Shown one piece after another: positions 44,715-55,057 of a DNA stretch of 64,000 bases (within the stretch, counting starts at the first letter, position 1; every line of letters starts with the position of its first letter). A program made the translations under genes and the position numbers. The notes under the pieces are model-generated. The model was given only the letters and a program-made list of their open reading frames with translations. It was not told the origin of the DNA and searched no databases. Source of the stretch: Candidatus Gastranaerophilales bacterium (GTDB taxonomy: Bacteria; Cyanobacteriota; Vampirovibrionia; Gastranaerophilales; Gastranaerophilaceae); assembly GCA_044432945.1 (NCBI GenBank), contig JAWXUD010000003.1, positions 9,883-73,882 on the forward strand, given 5' to 3'.

Positions 44715-46088
44715 ATGGTAGAATTTATGATAAATAGTGTCAACTCGTATAACGTTAATAAAGGTTATGAGGCTAAGGCGGTTGCTGAGGTTAGTTCTCA
44801 AACGTGTTCAAAGCCTAGCTTTGGCATGAATTTTCCGTTTTTTCAATCTGATTCTGCTGGCGTAAAGCCAAATATCACGTTGCGTACCAAATTGAATAAA
44901 CATGAGCTAAATCAATATAATAATTTGATAAATTCTATCGATAAAACTTCTCGTAAACGTGTTGAGGTACTTTTGAAAAAAGGGATTTTGTTGAATTCAA
45001 ATTCACAAGATAAATCTACAGTGTTAGATAATTTGAATAAAATTGCAGAAATGCCTCGTGCTAAAGGCTTAGACAGTGTAAATTTAATCCAATCCACAAT
45101 TGAAATTTTAGATGATCCGTTTAAATCAACGCAAAAGTTTGGCGACATTCCTGAAAACTATAAATCGGAGGTCATTTCTACTCAGATCAATGATAGTGGT
45201 AATAAAATGTCAGTGATTGAAGCTGAAAAAGCTGTTAATGTAAATTCTTCTGGTACTTGTCCTGCGGCAAGTATTCAGTTTAGTTTGGCACAAAAAGCTC
45301 CTGCTGAGTTTGCTCGATTTGTTGAAGGGGTTTCATCACCAGAGATGGCTGTAGAAAAGGAAATTTCGCTTGAGAATTTAGCTGATACAACACTTGATGC
45401 TGTTTGGTTGTTGAACGCTTTTGAAATCCCTTATACTATGAATGATTTTTGTAAGGCTAATTTGAAATTTGCACCTGATAAAAATGCGTTATTAAGAGCG
45501 AGAATGCAGACTACAAATCAAGATAATCAAGAACGTTCAGCGGTTGATGTTTTGCTTCAATCTACGTTTATGAATGTTGGTTCACAGCAGACATATAACT
45601 CATTGACCGATACTCGTGCAGGTAAATTCAATGAAAAGGATACTGGCTTGGTTGAATTTGAAAAAACTTTTACGGAATCAATTGTTGATGATAAGAATAA
45701 AATAACTTTGATAAATCAGATTATTGATGAGAATGAACGTTTAGTGGGGTATGAATCAGATTTATCAAAATTGAAACAACAAATATTGGATACTTTAGCA
45801 CAAGATGAAAATATTATTATAGGTTATACTTTTGTTGATAGGAATAATAATCTTTTGGGCGGGCATGAAATAACTATTGTTGGCTCTAGAAAAGATAGTG
45901 CTGGTCGAACTTATTTGATATGTAATGATAGTGATGACAAATATTTTGGTGCGATTGAGTATTTGGCAGATGATTTGTTGCCAAAAATTCATCATGCAAC
46001 TTTCCCTAAAAATGTTGTCGAAAAAGATTTAGATTTTCAACCGAATTGGATAGAAGGATTGAAGAGCTATAAGGAAATGAAGAAATAA
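44715..46088 (+). CDS. Hypothetical 457-aa protein with Asn-rich N-terminal leader and a possible Cys/His/Asp thiol-protease-like core
   Basis: (MVEF)MINSVNSYNVNKG...KPSFGMNF. Candidate catalytic residues NSSGTCPAASIQFSLA, LLGGHEITIVG, YLICNDSDD. Confidence 0.5.
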   Translation: MVEFMINSVNSYNVNKGYEAKAVAEVSSQTCSKPSFGMNFPFFQSDSAGVKPNITLRTKLNKHELNQYNNLINSIDKTSRKRVEVLLKKGILLNSNSQDKSTVLDNLNKIAEMPRAKGLDSVNLIQSTIEILDDPFKSTQKFGDIPENYKSEVISTQINDSGNKMSVIEAEKAVNVNSSGTCPAASIQFSLAQKAPAEFARFVEGVSSPEMAVEKEISLENLADTTLDAVWLLNAFEIPYTMNDFCKANLKFAPDKNALLRARMQTTNQDNQERSAVDVLLQSTFMNVGSQQTYNSLTDTRAGKFNEKDTGLVEFEKTFTESIVDDKNKITLINQIIDENERLVGYESDLSKLKQQILDTLAQDENIIIGYTFVDRNNNLLGGHEITIVGSRKDSAGRTYLICNDSDDKYFGAIEYLADDLLPKIHHATFPKNVVEKDLDFQPNWIEGLKSYKEMKK

Positions 46089-46195
46089 GCTTAGCTTTGA
46101 TTTCTAGATAGCCATAGTGGATAATATGTTTTTAAATATGATCGTTTAAAATTGTTAATGTAGATCGTTAATGTATAAAATTTTAAGGATTCAAT

Positions 46196-46501
46196 ATGAA
46201 AAATTTATTAGTGTTTTTATCGTTATTAGTGTTATGTACGATGGCATATATTGATTTGAAAGATAGGCTCATCGAAATCGATAGAATTGGTGCAAATACT
46301 CCAGCTCAGGTTGAATTAAACCAATCGCTATCACCTTCTTCGACACAATCAATTAACCAGGATATAAATTCTTTAACCCCGTTAAAAGATAAGCAACCTC
46401 AAAAATTATATGAAAAAATTAATGATAATTCTTCTGGATTGCAAAACCCGTATAATTCGGTCTTGGATAGGCGTAACACGATTACAAATCCTGTCCAATA
46501 A
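46196..46501 (+). CDS. Small secreted protein (signal peptide, polar low-complexity)
   Basis: MKNLLVFLSLLVLCTMAY signal-like N-terminus. Confidence 0.45.
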   Translation: MKNLLVFLSLLVLCTMAYIDLKDRLIEIDRIGANTPAQVELNQSLSPSSTQSINQDINSLTPLKDKQPQKLYEKINDNSSGLQNPYNSVLDRRNTITNPVQ

Positions 46502-46514
46502 TTTATGATGAAAC

Positions 46515-47318
46515 CTAGTAGCTATAAATTATTTCGCCGATTTCATCATCGTTTTTTTCTAAATCATTATCGGGTCTATTTTCTCTGAGGTTACGTTGAT
46601 ATTCAAGGGGTGACATACTGTTTTTAATCTCTTTTTTAGTTATAGGTTGTATTCTTTTAGGGAAAAGTAATAAATTTATATTTTGTGAGATGTTTTTTGA
46701 AAGTAGACATTTTGAATATTTTTCCAAATTATCTAGATATTTTTCGCCATTAATTAGTTCATCGGCGTAAAAAATATTTTCAATATCGCTTAAAGTTTCT
46801 TCGTGTTTTTCGTTAAATACTATTAAATTTTTTGTCGTATCAATTAGAATGGCTTTTGTGCTTAGTACGTATTTTTGTGGAATTTTGACTGCTGATGATA
46901 CTTCTAAGACTTCCCAAATATTTCTGCGATTTTCACCTTTTGAATTAGCTATGTATGAAGTTATAAGTAGGACTTTATCGCATTTGAATTTTTTCGCTAT
47001 TTTTGAGATTTCTTCATAATCGATTTCGTTATTTCTGTAGTTTTTTAACGTGTTTTCAGTTATTGATTTTAAAGATTTTGATTTTGACGTGATTCGATAA
47101 ACTTCGCTTAAATTAGGAGAGTTAAGGTTTTTGTTTTGTTGAAAATCAGATATTATGTCGTTAGCAAAAATGATAGAAGCTTCTTCAAAATAATAAGAGT
47201 TGGATTTTGCTTGATACAAATCTGTTGGCAAAACTAATATATCGACTTCGGCTTTTGAGATAGTTGAAGTGCTAAATAAAATTATAGTTAGTAATAAGTA
47301 TTTAAAAATAGTTTTCAT
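46515..47318 (-). CDS. Hypothetical secreted protein
   Basis: Signal peptide MKTIFKYLLLTIILFSTSTISKA when started at the internal ATG; the ORF track extends to 47345. Confidence 0.5.
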   Translation of the reverse strand: MKTIFKYLLLTIILFSTSTISKAEVDILVLPTDLYQAKSNSYYFEEASIIFANDIISDFQQNKNLNSPNLSEVYRITSKSKSLKSITENTLKNYRNNEIDYEEISKIAKKFKCDKVLLITSYIANSKGENRRNIWEVLEVSSAVKIPQKYVLSTKAILIDTTKNLIVFNEKHEETLSDIENIFYADELINGEKYLDNLEKYSKCLLSKNISQNINLLLFPKRIQPITKKEIKNSMSPLEYQRNLRENRPDNDLEKNDDEIGEIIYSY

Positions 47319-47413
47319 AAGATTATTATAGCATATATTTTTCATTCAAATAACTGATAATATTTCTTAATGGATTTGTTATGATTGATTAGAACATCAA
47401 AAGGAGAATACTA

Positions 47414-47797
47414 ATGGATTATAGGCAAATGTTGGACAAAGCAAAAGAGGTATCAGGTAATGCACATGTGCCATATTCTAAATTCCCTGTAGGTGCTTGT
47501 CTTTTAACCGAGAATGACAAAGTTTATACTGGTTGTAATTTTGAGAATGCTAGTTATGGGCTTACAATTTGTGCTGAGCGTAATGCGGTTGGTTCGGCAG
47601 TGGCTGAGGGTGAAAAAAGATATAAAGCAATAGCGATTTATGCTCCAAAAATGGAGAAATGTTTTCCTTGTGGGGCTTGTAGACAAGTGTTACATGAGTT
47701 TTGTTCTAATGATGGTATGGACATTATCTTAGAGAACGAAGGTGATATGGTTATTTATAAATTATGTGATATTTTTCCAGAAGGATTTCGTTTATAG
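47414..47797 (+). CDS. cdd: Cytidine deaminase
   Basis: CAERNA and PCGACRQ zinc motifs. 127 aa. Confidence 0.9.
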   Translation: MDYRQMLDKAKEVSGNAHVPYSKFPVGACLLTENDKVYTGCNFENASYGLTICAERNAVGSAVAEGEKRYKAIAIYAPKMEKCFPCGACRQVLHEFCSNDGMDIILENEGDMVIYKLCDIFPEGFRL

Positions 47798-47800
47798 CTT

Positions 47801-48040
47801 ATGTACATTATAGAGATTTTTGTAAATCAGATTTTGAAAATTAAAAACAGGAAGCAAAGAAAAAAGGGATATAATCCTTTGAATGAAGAGCAGCAAGAAG
47901 AAGACAGCGATAGATGTGAACATTTATTTATGCCCGTTGATAGTACAAAAGAGCATTTAGCTTGTTCTAAATGTGGGTTAATTGTTCATAAGGATAATTT
48001 GAAAAAATATAATATATTCAAAAAGAAATTTTTCAAATAG
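47801..48040 (+). CDS. Hypothetical 79-aa basic protein with a possible zinc-ribbon half-site
   Basis: CEHLF...CSKCG. Starts 3 nt after the cdd stop. Confidence 0.3.
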   Translation: MYIIEIFVNQILKIKNRKQRKKGYNPLNEEQQEEDSDRCEHLFMPVDSTKEHLACSKCGLIVHKDNLKKYNIFKKKFFK

Positions 48041-48052
48041 TGTAATTAAGTT

Positions 48053-49279
48053 TTAATTTTGCGAAATCATTTTTGATAAAATATTTTTAGCCGCTTGAAG
48101 TTGTGCGTCATTGTGCTTTTTTATATCGTTTAGTGTGAAATCGATTTGCACATCAGGTGTTATGCCTTTTTTATTGATATCATTGCCGTTTGGGGTTAGG
48201 TATTTTGCGATTGTCAAATTCAGTCCTGTGTTGTTTGGCATAGGGATAATTTTTTGCACCATACCTTTGCCATAAGTTGTTGTGCCTAAAAGAGTTGCTT
48301 TCTTGTAATCTTTTAAAGCTCCTGATAAAATCTCACTGGCACTGGCAGAAGCGTGATCTACTAATACAACAGTTGGTTTTTCGATACCGAATTCGGTATT
48401 TTGAGCAAGTATGTCGTACTTATAACCGTTGCGTCCTACAATGCTTACGATGTTGCCTTCTGGGATAAATAAGTTGGCGATGAAGATGGCGTTAGGCAGT
48501 AGTCCGCCAGTATTTCCACGCAAATCAAGAATCAGTCCTTCTGTGTCTTTAGTTTTTTCAAGTGCTTCAACAAATTCATTAGGTGTTGTTGCACCGATAA
48601 AGCTAGATATTTGAATATAGCCAATATTATCTTCAATATTACTTTTTACAGATTTGATTTTTATTTCTTTACGTATAATTTTTTTTGTTATTTTGTCGTT
48701 GTTGCGTATGACAACTATTTTTACTGGTGTGTTAATCTCGCCTTGTACAAGTTCACCAACTTCACTAATAGATAGTCCGTTTACTTCTGTGTCATCAATC
48801 GAAAAAATTATGTCATTAGGAAGTAAATTAGCAGACTGAGCTGGTGTGTTTTCAATAACGTTGATAACTTTTATTTTGCCTGATGATGAAGAGATAGTTA
48901 CTCCAATACCTGTGATTTTAGAGTTGATAGAATTGTTTTGGTTATTGAACTCTTTTTTTGACATAAATCTCGAATATGGATCGTTAAGGCTAGCGAGCAT
49001 TGTGTTAATCGCAAGTTTTGCGTCTTCATCTGTTTTGATTTGTCCTTGATAGTGAGTTTTCCATCGGTACCAAGTTTGATTATTCATATTAGCGTCATAA
49101 TAATCTTTTTGAATAGTTAGCCAGGTTTCATCAAAAAGTTTTTGAGAATTAATCTGATTTTTGTGCGTAAATTCTGGCATATCAGTTAGTTCAAAGTCAT
49201 TTTTGTTGGCTAAAAAATGGTTTAGGGCGAGTAAAGAAAATATTAATGTAATAAATAGAATTCTTTTTTTGTATTTCAT
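48053..49279 (-). CDS. S41-family C-terminal processing peptidase with PDZ domain
   Basis: Signal/TM MKYKKRILFITLIFSLLAL. PDZ region GIGVTISS...VINVIENTPA. LDLRGNTGGLL, SASASEILSGALKD. Confidence 0.85.
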   Translation of the reverse strand: MKYKKRILFITLIFSLLALNHFLANKNDFELTDMPEFTHKNQINSQKLFDETWLTIQKDYYDANMNNQTWYRWKTHYQGQIKTDEDAKLAINTMLASLNDPYSRFMSKKEFNNQNNSINSKITGIGVTISSSSGKIKVINVIENTPAQSANLLPNDIIFSIDDTEVNGLSISEVGELVQGEINTPVKIVVIRNNDKITKKIIRKEIKIKSVKSNIEDNIGYIQISSFIGATTPNEFVEALEKTKDTEGLILDLRGNTGGLLPNAIFIANLFIPEGNIVSIVGRNGYKYDILAQNTEFGIEKPTVVLVDHASASASEILSGALKDYKKATLLGTTTYGKGMVQKIIPMPNNTGLNLTIAKYLTPNGNDINKKGITPDVQIDFTLNDIKKHNDAQLQAAKNILSKMISQN

Positions 49280-49352
49280 ATAAATATTTAACATCAATTA
49301 GATTTCATAATCAATATACTTTTTTATTATGAAGAAGCATTATAAATTATTA

Positions 49353-50087
49353 TTATAAATCTTCAAATCCAGGTGATAATGTTGGCAAATTCTTGTATGC
49401 ATTATTTGTTGTAACCGTTTTTTTAATATATTTGCTTGAATAATTTCCTCTTATGAAAAGTTTTTCTAATGTGTTTTCACGACTAACTAGTGGGTGCATC
49501 ACATTTTTAAATTCTGGATAGACCTCAGATAATTCGTTCCATACAGAGGCCTCCATTGTCCAAGCGTATGTTTCTTCAGCCAAAGAATTGTATTCGTCTT
49601 GATGAAGTGCTTCGTGTGCTAAAAGTGCAGCTAACGCAATAGCAGGTGCACTTTCGTGACGTGGGTTTATGTATATATATAGATTTTTTCCTTTTTTCCA
49701 CCCAAGTGCGTCAAATGTTGCGTAAGCTTTATTGATTGTTGACAAATCTTTGAACTCTATTTTAACAGGTCTACCTGATAAATTATTTCCAAGTATTGCG
49801 TTGCGTGAAAATTCTCCATTGGTATTTTTTAACAAATCAAGGGCAACATAAATTATTTCGCTTTTGCCAGTATCTTTGTAAGTTGGTTTTATTATTTCAA
49901 TGTATTCAGCTGTGTATTTTTCTGGATATAGTTCAGACGCTGGTTGAGTTTGCATTTGAATTTGTTGTTCTTCTGTCGTTTTTTTATTTTTTTTGTCTTT
50001 TGCGAAAGCAGGCATCGTAAGGCTTGCTGTCATAAACATTAAACTCATACCAACTATTATTACGTTTTTTATTTTCTTAAATTCCAT
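49353..50087 (-). CDS. Secreted hypothetical protein containing an HExxH motif
   Basis: Signal peptide ...LTMPAFA. ALLAHEALHQDEYNSLAEE. Confidence 0.45.
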   Translation of the reverse strand: MEFKKIKNVIIVGMSLMFMTASLTMPAFAKDKKNKKTTEEQQIQMQTQPASELYPEKYTAEYIEIIKPTYKDTGKSEIIYVALDLLKNTNGEFSRNAILGNNLSGRPVKIEFKDLSTINKAYATFDALGWKKGKNLYIYINPRHESAPAIALAALLAHEALHQDEYNSLAEETYAWTMEASVWNELSEVYPEFKNVMHPLVSRENTLEKLFIRGNYSSKYIKKTVTTNNAYKNLPTLSPGFEDL

Positions 50088-50161
50088 TTATTTCCCCAAT
50101 CCTTAAATTTGCACATAATTATATTATAATTTTTTTTTTAATAATGGCAAATATAATTGAT

Positions 50162-51733
50162 TTATTTTTTATTTTTGCGGTTTAAACTCGCAAGCTCGCT
50201 GTATTTTATTTTGTATTCTGTTGAACTATTAATACTTTCAGCTTCTTTAATATATTCTAATGCTGTTTTGATATCATCTATTTCTTTATAGATATCACTC
50301 ATTTTGGCATAATATTTGGCATTTGTTACATCATAAGTTATTGCACGCATCATGCATTCAATAGCTTCTTCAAAATCTTTTTCAACAAATCGTACCAAAG
50401 CTAAATAATAATAGCCATCAGCAAAATTCATATCAAGAGCGATAGCTTTTTGTGCGAGTTCTTTTGCAAGCTCGTAATCTTCTTTCTCAAAAGCAGCATT
50501 AGCACCAACTGTATAAGCCGTAATGTAATCTTCATTTTCTTCAATAATTTTGTTGGTTATATTTAGAGCGTCATCGAAATTTTTTTCTTTAATTAGAATT
50601 TCTGCTAATTGTGTAGCATAATTAGGACTTGGATTTTTTTCAATAACTTGTTTGATAGTTTTTTCTGCTTGTTCAAAAAGGTCAAGTTCACTATAAACTT
50701 TTGCGAGTGATGTTAGTGTGAAATTGTCACAATGATTATTTTTTATATTCGTTTCCAAATCATTTTTTGCACCTAAAAAATCTTTGTTTTCGAATTTTAT
50801 CAATGAGTTTAAAACGATAGCTTGTGTATGATTTTCGTTTTGAGAAAGAATAAATCCGAGTTCTTTTTTTGTTTTGTCAAAGTTTTTTTGTTCATAATAT
50901 AAATAAGCAAGCGAATATCTATAATCCAGATTATATTGTTCTAGCTTGATAGCGGTCTTGTATGAGTTTTCGGCTTCTTCTTGCCAGCCGTTAAAAAAAT
51001 AAGCGTTTGCTAAATTATAAAAATATTTTGAATTTAGTTTTTCAATACTGCTGGCTTTAGAAAAATATTTTATCGCATCAATAAATTTCATATCTTCTAA
51101 TGCGAAAAGCCCTTTATAATTTAATATTTCAGGATTTTCAGAAGTAGTGTTAACGTTAGCAAAGATTTCTTTTGATTTCTCAAGGTTGTTTTTATCAAAA
51201 TATATTTTGCCTAAAAGTATTCTCGCATCGTCATTTTGAGGATTTTCTTTAATGATTTTTTCAATAATTTCTTTAGCTAATTCTGTTTTTTTATTTATAT
51301 AATAAAAATTAGCGATAGTTGTAAGGCAATGCTCATCAAGATCTTCTTTTTCTAATTCGGCAATTTTATCAAAATCTTTCATTTGTCCTGCTAATTCAAT
51401 GATAGCTAAGAGATTTTTTGAATTTGGTTGAACTTCAAAACATTTTTGTGCGTATTCGATAGCATTTTTCAAATCATCAGTTTCTATATATATTTTTTTT
51501 AGCAATGTTGCACAATCAAGATGATTAGGGTTTTTAGATATGACTTTTTCTAAAAACTGAATTCCTCTTTGTGAGTTATTTAGCAAATAATATAATTCGC
51601 CTAGTTGGAATAATATTTCAATATTATCGGCTTCGATTTCTAATGCTTTGTAGAGTAGTTCAATAGCTTGTTTATAGCAATTTTGTGACTTTAATTCAAA
51701 CGCTTGTTTTATGTATTCTAATGTATTTTCCAT
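50162..51733 (-). CDS. Tetratricopeptide-repeat protein
   Basis: 523 aa of TPR units (for example AIELLYKALEIEADNIEILFQLGELYY). Confidence 0.75.
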   Translation of the reverse strand: MENTLEYIKQAFELKSQNCYKQAIELLYKALEIEADNIEILFQLGELYYLLNNSQRGIQFLEKVISKNPNHLDCATLLKKIYIETDDLKNAIEYAQKCFEVQPNSKNLLAIIELAGQMKDFDKIAELEKEDLDEHCLTTIANFYYINKKTELAKEIIEKIIKENPQNDDARILLGKIYFDKNNLEKSKEIFANVNTTSENPEILNYKGLFALEDMKFIDAIKYFSKASSIEKLNSKYFYNLANAYFFNGWQEEAENSYKTAIKLEQYNLDYRYSLAYLYYEQKNFDKTKKELGFILSQNENHTQAIVLNSLIKFENKDFLGAKNDLETNIKNNHCDNFTLTSLAKVYSELDLFEQAEKTIKQVIEKNPSPNYATQLAEILIKEKNFDDALNITNKIIEENEDYITAYTVGANAAFEKEDYELAKELAQKAIALDMNFADGYYYLALVRFVEKDFEEAIECMMRAITYDVTNAKYYAKMSDIYKEIDDIKTALEYIKEAESINSSTEYKIKYSELASLNRKNKK

Positions 51734-52168
51734 TTATTCTCCACTAAATTTTTCTAAAAAATCTTGTACTAAATTTTTTTGTTCGATGATTTCATCTTCT
51801 GTTTTGTTATTAATCAATATCAAAATCTCATCTTCTCCAGCCATTTTAAGATTATTTCTAGCAATACCTTCAAGAGTTTCAGTTGATGAAAATTTGTCTA
51901 TTTCTTGTTTAAGATCTTTGTTGTATTCCTCTGCGTTGACTTTTATTTTTTTAAGCGTACTTATTTTAGCTTGGTGTGCAATGGTTTTGGATATATTTAG
52001 GATTACGCCAAAACCTATTTGAATAAGACAAAATAAAAGGGTTATCGTCAGAAACGAGTAATAAAAGCGAGTTTTTCGCTTGTTAATTTTAGCTCTTTTT
52101 TTTGTTCGTTTAAGAATAGAGTTTTTCGAACTGTTTATGTTTTCGTTAATATTATTATCTTCTTGCAC
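51734..52168 (-). CDS. Septum formation initiator (FtsB/DivIC-like) protein
   Basis: Basic N-tail, a TM helix (FLTITLLFCLIQIGFGVIL), a coiled coil, then TLEGIARNNLKMAGEDEILI. Confidence 0.5.
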   Translation of the reverse strand: MQEDNNINENINSSKNSILKRTKKRAKINKRKTRFYYSFLTITLLFCLIQIGFGVILNISKTIAHQAKISTLKKIKVNAEEYNKDLKQEIDKFSSTETLEGIARNNLKMAGEDEILILINNKTEDEIIEQKNLVQDFLEKFSGE

Positions 52169-52236
52169 AGCTTAACCTTTTATTTTAATTAATTATACTA
52201 AAAATATATCTATTGAGCAAAATAATTCTTTAAAAT

Positions 52237-53115
52237 TTACAATTGGAATTTTGTTTTGAAATTGAATTGTGTTCTAAGTGGTTGTTCTTCTCCCATTATG
52301 GTTTGTTTTGCACCGATTTCAAAAAGAAAACGTTCTTGTTTTTTGTATCCGAAAGGAGAGATTGATAAAACAAATTCGTTGCTTTGTCTATCTCTAGTCA
52401 AATCGGCACTCAGCACTTGTTTGTATTTTAAATAATTATTAATTTGATATTCTGGCGCTAGATAAATCGCATCAGAGTATCTGTTAGTGGTTGAATTTCT
52501 TGTTTTTTTGAATGAAGTTCCTAGTGTGAATTTTGTTTTTTCGTACTTAGTAAAAATAGAGGTTGAATTTTCTATCATTGATAATTGACTAATCTCGTTT
52601 TCAAATTGTGTTCCAAAAATGATGTCATTAGATTTTCCAGAGCTGCTGTAGGTTTCATCTATTACCCTGTGTTCAAAATCCTTATATTTTGCAAAAGAGC
52701 TAACTTCGCTAATTTTCTTTTGATTGTTAAATCTGAAATTTAAGTTTTCAGAATTCATTTTTTGTGGAATTTTTAAATTTAGAGCGTGGTCATCATTGGC
52801 TATAAAATTAATGGCATCATTGCTTTCAACGTATTGAGCGTAGCCTTTTAAGATGGTCATATTTAATACAACTTCTTCTTCATCTTGGCTATTTTCTTCA
52901 TTTGTTTCTTCAGTTTGTTCGTAGGTTTCTGTTTTTGATTTATGTTTTAGTTTGTTTTTTATTTTTAATATGGGGTTTTCTTCTTCAATTTCATCAGGTT
53001 CATCATCGAGTGTGTAGATGAAGATATTTGGCATAACTACTTCTTCTTCAATTGCGAGAGCTTGAAGATTTTGGATTAAAAATATTGATACTAATATGAT
53101 TAGACCTCTCAACAT
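52237..53115 (-). CDS. Putative outer-membrane beta-barrel protein with acidic N-terminal region
   Basis: Signal peptide MLRGLIILVSIFLIQNLQALA. Alternating hydrophobic pattern in the C-terminal ~170 aa, ending KTKFQL. Confidence 0.4.
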   Translation of the reverse strand: MLRGLIILVSIFLIQNLQALAIEEEVVMPNIFIYTLDDEPDEIEEENPILKIKNKLKHKSKTETYEQTEETNEENSQDEEEVVLNMTILKGYAQYVESNDAINFIANDDHALNLKIPQKMNSENLNFRFNNQKKISEVSSFAKYKDFEHRVIDETYSSSGKSNDIIFGTQFENEISQLSMIENSTSIFTKYEKTKFTLGTSFKKTRNSTTNRYSDAIYLAPEYQINNYLKYKQVLSADLTRDRQSNEFVLSISPFGYKKQERFLFEIGAKQTIMGEEQPLRTQFNFKTKFQL

Positions 53116-53126
53116 TTTAACATTTT

Positions 53127-53140
53127 ACCCTTTAAAGGGT
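53127..53140. promoter_or_regulatory. Perfect 14-nt palindrome ACCCTTTAAAGGGT in the divergent intergenic region
   Basis: Seen directly. Lies 12 nt upstream of the OMP-like gene start. Confidence 0.25.
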
Positions 53141-53287
53141 GTTGGTCAAATCATTTAATTAGTCTATTTTTTCTTTAAAAACAAATTTTAAATAATGACT
53201 TGAAAAACAAAATTTCTCGTGATATTTTATAAATTGAAATTACACAAAAGAAATATATTGAAAATTTTAAAAGAAATAGAGGGAAAA

Positions 53288-54751
53288 ATGTCAGAAGTTA
53301 GAGTTAGAATTGCACCATCGCCAAGTGGAAACTTGCATGTAGGAACGGCTAGAACAGCTTTGTTTAATTATTTGTTTGCCAAAAAGCACGGAGGCAAATT
53401 TATTTTAAGGATTGAGGATACCGATGCTGAACGTACAAGCCAAGAATATGTTGATAATATTTTTGCAAGCTTGAAAGCCTTAGGTCTTAACTGGGACGAA
53501 GGTCCTGATGTTGGCGGGGAGTATGGTCCATATTCGCAATCAGAAAGATTTGATATCTATCCTCAATATATCCAAAAACTTTTGAAAAATGGTTTTGCTT
53601 ATGAATGTTTTTGCACTCCTGAAGAATTAGAAATTGAGAAAAATATTGCTACGACTAACAAGCAGGCATATGTTTATTCAAGAAAATGTGAAAATTTGAC
53701 AGAAGAACAAAAAGCTGAACTAATCGCACAAGGCAAAAAACCTGCGGTTAGATTTAATATCGCAAAAACACAAAAAGCTTTTCATGATAGTTCGATATTG
53801 GCTTTTAATGATTTAGTTAAGGGCGAATTGAAAATGGATACAGATTTGATTGGCGATTTTGTTATAATGAAATCGAACGGAGCGCCGACTTATAATTTTG
53901 CGGTAGTTGTAGATGATTTGTTGATGGAAATTTCTCATATTATTCGTGGTGAGGACCATATTTCCAATACTTTCAAGCAGATTTTAATCTTTGAAGCGTT
54001 AGGTGAAAAAGTTCCAGAATTTGGGCATCTAGGTATGATTTTAGCACCTGATAGAAGCAAATTGTCAAAACGTCATGGGGCAACTGGGGTTTCTGAATTT
54101 GTAGAGAAAGGGTATTTGACTGATGCTCTTATTAACTTTGTTGCTTTGTTAGGCTGGTCGCCATCTGATTCACAAGAGATTAAGACAGTTGATGAGATCG
54201 CACAAGATTTTAGAATTGGCGAAATTTCTTCTTCAAATTCAATTTTTGAATACGACAAATTAAATTGGATGAATAGCCATTATATTAAAATGCTTTCAGT
54301 TGAAGAGTTGAAAACTCGATTGATGCCTTATTTGACACAGTATGATTTGGGTGAATTGACTGATGAAGGATTTACTCGTGTTATTGAAATCACTCGTGAA
54401 CCATTGACATTATTGGCAGATATTACAGAAGCTGTACCATATTTCTTTGGTGATTTGGTTGAAATTGACGAGGAAACTCAAGCAGAAGTTATTGATCTAG
54501 AAGTTTCTCAAGATGTGTTGAAAGAGTTTGTTAAAGTTGCCGAAACCTTTGATTTTAGTGAAGTTTCTTTGCATGACGAGTTGGATAAATTCCGTACAGC
54601 GTTCAAGGAAAAAGGAGTTAAACCAAAGTCAACAATGTGGGCAATTCGTGCAGCAATTACTGGTAGAACAAAAGGTGCGGATATGACTGCAACTTTGGCT
54701 ATACTTGGTAAAGAGCATGTTTTAAAACGTGTGAAAGCTGCCATTAAGTAG
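53288..54751 (+). CDS. gltX: Glutamate--tRNA ligase
   Basis: RIAPSPSGNLHVGTART (HIGH-type), KLSKRHG (KMSKS-type). Start taken at MSEVRVRIAP; the ORF track starts at 53219. Confidence 0.9.
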   Translation: MSEVRVRIAPSPSGNLHVGTARTALFNYLFAKKHGGKFILRIEDTDAERTSQEYVDNIFASLKALGLNWDEGPDVGGEYGPYSQSERFDIYPQYIQKLLKNGFAYECFCTPEELEIEKNIATTNKQAYVYSRKCENLTEEQKAELIAQGKKPAVRFNIAKTQKAFHDSSILAFNDLVKGELKMDTDLIGDFVIMKSNGAPTYNFAVVVDDLLMEISHIIRGEDHISNTFKQILIFEALGEKVPEFGHLGMILAPDRSKLSKRHGATGVSEFVEKGYLTDALINFVALLGWSPSDSQEIKTVDEIAQDFRIGEISSSNSIFEYDKLNWMNSHYIKMLSVEELKTRLMPYLTQYDLGELTDEGFTRVIEITREPLTLLADITEAVPYFFGDLVEIDEETQAEVIDLEVSQDVLKEFVKVAETFDFSEVSLHDELDKFRTAFKEKGVKPKSTMWAIRAAITGRTKGADMTATLAILGKEHVLKRVKAAIK

Positions 54752-54786
54752 TCAATAATTGATACATGTGTTTTTGAAGAGCTTCT

Positions 54787-54820
54787 TTTTATTAAAAAAA
54801 GAAGCTCTTTCTGTGAGCAA
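54787..54820 (+). terminator. Rho-independent terminator of gltX
   Basis: aagagcttcttttt / aaaaagaagctctt, a 14-bp stem with a 5-nt loop. Confidence 0.75.
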
Positions 54821-54909
54821 GATATTATTTTTTTGTTCAGATAAAAATCCTTGAAAGTAAATAATATTGCGTATTGTAACGAAACTGCAATAAAAATCTA
54901 GCCTACATG

Positions 54910-54938
54910 TTGACAGTCAAAAATGTTTGGTTTATTAT
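54910..54938 (+). promoter_or_regulatory. Candidate promoter TTGACA-N17-TATTAT of the S10 operon
   Basis: ttgaca at 54910-54915, tattat at 54933-54938. Leaves a leader of about 115 nt before rpsJ. Confidence 0.5.
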
Positions 54939-55057
54939 TACTATACTTGGAATATAGTACCCATTCAGATCCGAAATATTTTTTGAATAGCACTAATATT
55001 TTAAAGTAGGATTAATAGTCCGCAGATGTAGTAGAAAATGAACAAAAAGGAAAGCAA

